Origin: Camelus ferus
Taxonomy: Eukaryota
Reading direction: 5' to 3'
Assembly: GCF_009834535.1 (NCBI RefSeq)
Contig: NC_045697.1
Location: 25,978,001-26,042,000, forward strand
Length of the DNA: 64,000 nucleotides
Both the position numbers and the translations under genes were made by a program. Numbering within the stretch: position 1 is the stretch's first letter; every line of letters starts with the position of its first letter. Shown here in pieces: positions 59,437 to 64,000 of the stretch. The notes under the pieces are model-generated. The model was not told the DNA's origin and did no database searches. It saw only the letters and a list, made by a program, of their open reading frames with translations.

Positions 59437-60211
59437 TGCCCAAGATTAAGAAATATCTGAGGAAAGCATCTCAAAGATAAAAGATGGGGAAGAAACCCCC
59501 TCCAAAAAATTGAAAGAAACAAAGTCTACAGGAAAAGAAAGCTTCAAAACACTTATGAATAGCCACAGAGAGATAAGAGAACATAGGGTGTCTGTGAAAC
59601 AATAGTACGTTATAAGAAGGTCAAAAGTAAGAAAGTGCTTTCTACATTAAACGTAAGATAACAAAAAGCAAAAGTGGGTTACAATACATAAACTAAATAA
59701 GCTTTCTTAGGCGGCTGTAGGATGATAAAATTGACATGTGTGTGTATTTTGGTTACTTCACAGATTTATAGTCCTGAGGAAGAATTTGTGGATAAATGAG
59801 CGATAAGTACATAAAAAAACTAAGCAAACAAAAAAAATCAGTAATTATTAATTCCAAGGAAATAAAAGGTGGCAAATGAAAGAAAAAGCCATCATTCTAT
59901 GTTGCAAAGCTCAAATATGAGTAGCCTTTACACAGTCCTAAGAATATTAAAGTAAATATAGATAAAACTCATTTTATACACCTACTTTAAAATATGATTA
60001 GATGGGAACTGTGTGTAGGCGGGTGAACAGCAGTGAAAATGAATAAACATTATATTCTAGGCTAATCTTTCCGCAGTTAATTCCGATCACTGAAAAGTCA
60101 GGAAGCATCAGTATGGAATTATTAAGATAAAGTAAATACCGAAAGAAACTACTAAAAAATTAGCAAGTGGCTGCCTCTTGTGATGAAGTGGGATGAGAGG
60201 AAACATTGCCC

Positions 60212-60546
60212 TTTTTTTTTCTTCCAGTTTTATTGAGACATAACCAACATACAGCACTGTATCAGTTTAAGGTACACAGCATAATGATTTGACTTACATT
60301 CCTCACGAAATGATTACTACAGTAAGTTTAGTGAACATCTATCTTCTCACATAGACACAAAATTGAAGAAGTGGAAAAATAATTTTTTCCTTGTGATAAG
60401 AACTCTTAATACTTCCTCTTAGCCACGTTCATATATTATAGCCGTGTTAATTTTATTTGTCATGTTGTTTACGTGCACTTATTTATCCTGTGAACTGGAA
60501 GTCTATACCTTTTGACTGCCTTCATCCAATTTCCCCTCCCCCCAGC
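60212..60546 (-). mobile_element. Laurasiatherian L1 3'UTR (L1MA9 lineage), 5'-truncated
   Basis: Poly(T), then ccagttttattgagacataa; ttccttgtgataagaactctt; actggaagtctataccttttgact. Confidence 0.88.
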
Positions 60547-60759
60547 TATTTTTTTAAAAATAAGTCAGGCAGAACTTTCAGACACTTAAAACCACGTGGT
60601 TTTATAACCACCAAAAAAACTAAACTTTAAATATTCAATGTAAACACATGATTTCTTTACTTTATGGTTGCCACGGTAAGAATTGACTAGAACTCACTTT
60701 CAGTAATGTTATCAAAGATCACCTGAAATGAAATGGTGCTCTTCTGAAAAGAAAGAAAA

Positions 60760-60960
60760 TTGAGGTTTACTGAGCTCCAATTAGGGGGATCTGTGGCCAG
60801 GCCCAATGTTACCTACTTTTCCAACTGATCCCATGGAGAAAGTCTTGCCCTTACACTTTTACGTGTGGGAAACAGAGGTTCTGAGACGTTAAGTCACAGA
60901 GAGAATGAGTGATAGATGAACAATTCTAATTTCTGTCTGATTCCGAAATCCTCATTCACT
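60760..60960 (-). mobile_element. MIR SINE
   Basis: gtttactgagctcc; gggaaacagaggttctgagacgttaagt; tctgtctgattcc. Confidence 0.7.
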
Positions 60961-61489
60961 TCTCTGTAGCTAGACTGACTGAAGGAAATTAGCCATATTA
61001 TTTTAATAAATACTAAAACTAAGAATTTTTTTCCTCAAATTGCAAATAAAATATCAAAACTTTTATTCACTTGACACAGTCTTTACAAGTTATGTGTGAT
61101 TTGAGAAATGGGCAAAAAGACACTCTTTATCAGAGATTTAAGAGTCAATGTTTAAATTCCACAAGGTGATTGATACACAACACCTTGGTCAGATAAAGAC
61201 TTCTTAAGTTTCCACTACATTTGCTTTGCACTGAAAGCCTGGCCATAGGACAGCATTCCCAGGAGATCTGAGGCACTTGCACGCTTCTGTGCAGATGGGG
61301 AGTCGCTCCACTGTGGTAGCCTTGGAGACTCTGGGCACTGGCTGGAAAGTCAGCCTCTGACAAAGGTACCAACAGCAGAAGCTCTGATGTCCCACCAAGT
61401 CCCAGGACTGGCTTCAGAGTGCTCTCTCAACCACTGTTTGGGATTTAGCCTTTCTTTGGAGATTTGATCACTGGCTTTCAACCTGCACA

Positions 61490-61915
61490 TGCAATTCACT
61501 GGCAGTTTCTCCCTCCAGGTCCTACAGCCCGATCTGCATCTTCCATAAAACAACCTCAACTTACCCTTCTATATATCTCACAGACTTTAGGACATTCAGA
61601 TATCACGACACCCATGCCCTTTCACTCCCTCTCGCCTGAAAAGTATTTCATCTAAAACCGCCAGTTAAAATGGTACCCATTTTCCAACTGCTTTCTCCTC
61701 CCTAGAAGATCTTAGAAGAAATGTTTTCTCAACCTCTCTGTAACCTCATGATTCTGTACTCTGTGGACCCTTCTGTATCAATTACCATACTTTGTCTTTG
61801 AGTGTATTTTTATTTGTATTTTTTTCTGCCCTAAGTGGAAGATACAAAAAAGACATGGAACACATCCTGCTCATCTTTATATTCTTTCATAAATTCTTAA
61901 ATGTATTATATATAC
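61490..61915 (+). mobile_element. Old L2 3' region
   Basis: Pyrimidine-rich L2-like sequence ending cctgctcatctttatattct...taaatgtatt. Confidence 0.5.
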
Positions 61916-63096
61916 AAACAGCTTCTGCTGTCCCAGGCTCACATGGCCACACAACGCTTCTCTATGGTTAAAAAAAAATTAGTAATACTTTTTTTAAAAA
62001 AGAATTTAACTGAGTAAGAAAGAAGTTCTAAATCATCTTGTCAAGTAAAACAGGAACTCCTCAAGATACAGTGCAGTTTTTGTAACTACGCTCTGTGTGT
62101 TAATACTGAACACACAAACATCTTTAGAAAACAGGTTAAAAAGTCGAAAGGGTTTCCGAGTTGCAGATACTCTTGGATATTCAATATGTGCTTCTCCTAG
62201 AAGGGATGTGGCACAATCAACCATGTTCTCTTTCCTTTACAGCGACTCACAGGATTTGTCCTCTGAGTTACATAGTCAAGAAATGCTGGAATAAATTCTA
62301 TCCAGTCTTTCATATTTGCATCTACTCAGACTTGCTGAAGAGCTTGAGGTTTTTAGTTACATGTAGGAAAGGGGAGAATCTTGTTTTATTAATCTGCAAA
62401 ACCCAGAGAATTCTCTAAAATAAGTATCATTTATTAAGTTTTATATCTGCCTGGGCTGTTTGAAACACTAACAACAGACCCGAGTTCAACATTTTATCAA
62501 GTTTTTTCCATACAATTTTTTAAACCAATAGTATCAGGCTATATTATAATTAGATCATTCTAACAGTTACATAAATTTTCATACTTTAAGCTCAATTGGA
62601 AATGTTTCCACATTTCTCTAGTTGCATGGTGTTAAAAATTATTTTCTTACTAAATAGTGGGCAGTTTTTACATACTGTGCACTGATTCAGAATTGGCATT
62701 TCCATTTCAAAAGCAAATAGACACTCAGTCATGTGAAATAAATCCAGATTATGAATCTGATTATTTTGTTTAATGTCACTCATGACTGAGGACAGTTTCA
62801 AACACTATTTGGAGAAAGATAGGAAGAATAACTGAGTACAGCTATTATTTGTTTTTAAACTCTGTTTTGACAATACTTGGACATGTCTTTAGGACAGAAA
62901 CAGAATTTCAATAAGGACCCTGAGAGTCCACTGCCATGTTCATATTTACCAGTGCTACCAACGGTACCTGCAGATTTCTAACCAGTACAGTGTTTAGAAT
63001 TAGTTTTTATTACAAAATCCCTATAATTTTTTAAAAAAACAACCTGTTTTACAAAAATTTAAAGAAAGTACTATGTCTAATGCTAGGGTTATTTTT

Positions 63097-63455
63097 AACA
63101 AATTCATTCAAGAACAAACACTAAGAGCATCTACCACATGCCAGGCGACCTTTCAGCTGTTTAGGATGCTGTAGTAAACAAGAGCCAATAGACATGACTG
63201 TTCCATGGAGCAGATATAAAGTCAGTCAGTCACCCAATTTGTGAGCTATGAGAAAAACAATTAAGGGAGTGTTGCAGGGATGGGGGAGAGGGGCAGTGAT
63301 AATACTGAATTTGGAGTTCAGAGCCTCAATGCAAAAGAGACTTTAGAGTAAGAACCTGAGGGAGGTAAGGTACAAGTCATGTTGCTCTCCGGGTAAGAGT
63401 ATTCAAGGCAGAAAGAACAAGTGTAGAGGTCCCCAAAGAGGGACCCTGCTTCTTA
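63097..63455 (-). mobile_element. L2 3' region
   Basis: attcattcaagaacaaacactaagagcatctaccacatgccaggc; gagtattcaaggcagaaagaacaagtgtagaggtccc. Confidence 0.85.
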
Positions 63456-63589
63456 TGATGTCTAGATTTGATAGAAGAATAAAGTAGCTTTACTGTTTTG
63501 TATTCAATCAGTTATAATTTTCAATCTGGGGCCCAAGGGACATGGAGGAAGCTGGTGTAAGATTTTAGCCAACCCTTTAATCTGTTTTA

Positions 63590-63803
63590 TGCTACTACAG
63601 CCCATCAGCCAAACCTGGCCTCTTAAATGTATTGATAAATAAAGTTTTATTGAAACACAGCCTTATTCATCAGTGCACATATTCTCTGTGGCTGTTTTCA
63701 TGCTACAACTGCTGAGTTGCTGATCTCCTACAGACACCATAAGGCTGTACAGATCAAAGGATTTCATGTCTGACCCTTTGCAGAAAAAGTTTGCTAATAC
63801 CTT
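63590..63803 (+). mobile_element. MER58A/B (hAT-Charlie)
   Basis: taaataaagttttattgaaacacagcc...ctgaccctttgcagaaaaagtttgcta. Confidence 0.85.
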
Positions 63804-64000
63804 CTCTGTGGAATTTAGAACGCGATCAAAAGCAGTGCTACCTGCACCAAAGAGATGTACAACCGTGAATTATACAAAGCTCAGCAATCTCTGCATAAGG
63901 AATGGGTAGGCATCAAGTTGTCTAATTACTAAGCATCTTAAACATTCTCACCATGGCCTACGGAGTCTCATTAGGGAAAGGAAAGATGCAGGTGCTACTT

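Larger units (their letters stand above)
58430..60640 (+). mobile_element. Ancient L1ME/HAL1-like element (5'UTR, ORF1 remnants, 3' part) with nested Tigger1 and younger L1 insertions
   Basis: 5' end cagcttatagttaagatg...tatttatctttactcc; ccttaaagatgaacag / tatctgaggaaagc either side of the Tigger1; aagtggctgcctct 3' motif; subfamily uncertain. Confidence 0.6.

Noticed and set aside
62251-62285. 35-nt cryptic sense exon (ttccag|...cct|gtgagt) and nearby 63-85 aa ORFs
   Set aside because: Poor polypyrimidine tract, frame-breaking length and no similarity to ARAP2
12515-63803. Inverted MER58A copies (12515 +, 44517 -, 63590 +) as drivers of circRNA back-splicing
   Set aside because: Copies are old, visibly diverged from one another and kilobases from exon ends, so stable pairing is unlikely
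1-64000. Prokaryote-style systems (CRISPR arrays, operons, defence islands) or foreign inserted DNA
   Set aside because: No regularly spaced repeats, long ORFs or compositional breaks; the window reads as a spliced mammalian gene with known repeat classes
52374-64000. Preceding ARAP2 exon (expected to end ...GWLDKLSPQG)
   Set aside because: Not found; a ccagccatcc match near 55146 is inside an L2 and does not extend

Overview
Mammalian genomic DNA, AT-rich, with three small N gaps. It is most likely a camelid cetartiodactyl: there is a short tRNA-derived SINE resembling the camelid family, a cetartiodactyl-type L1 3' end, and no Bov-tA/BovB or PRE-1 elements that I could recognise. The whole window lies inside ARAP2 on the minus strand. 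Thirteen coding exons (52373 down to 8712, 1770 nt) splice into one open frame with GT-AG boundaries and matching phases. They encode PH1, PH2, the ArfGAP zinc finger (CxxC-x16-CxxC-x4-R intact), the ankyrin region, PH3 and the start of PH4; both gene ends are outside the window. The introns hold ordinary old repeats (many L2 and MIR fragments, L1M, MER58A, MER2/MER8, MER5, MER21, MLT1, Tigger1). Repeat family names and human ARAP2 comparisons come from my recollection of consensus sequences, not from a search, and most repeat boundaries are approximate. I see no evidence of a new biological system. The best second-look items are an L1 whose 3' end is inverted tail-to-tail next to an exon, an apparently retroposed polyadenylated Tigger1 fragment, and two exon-like segments antisense to ARAP2 (one with a 59-codon ORF).
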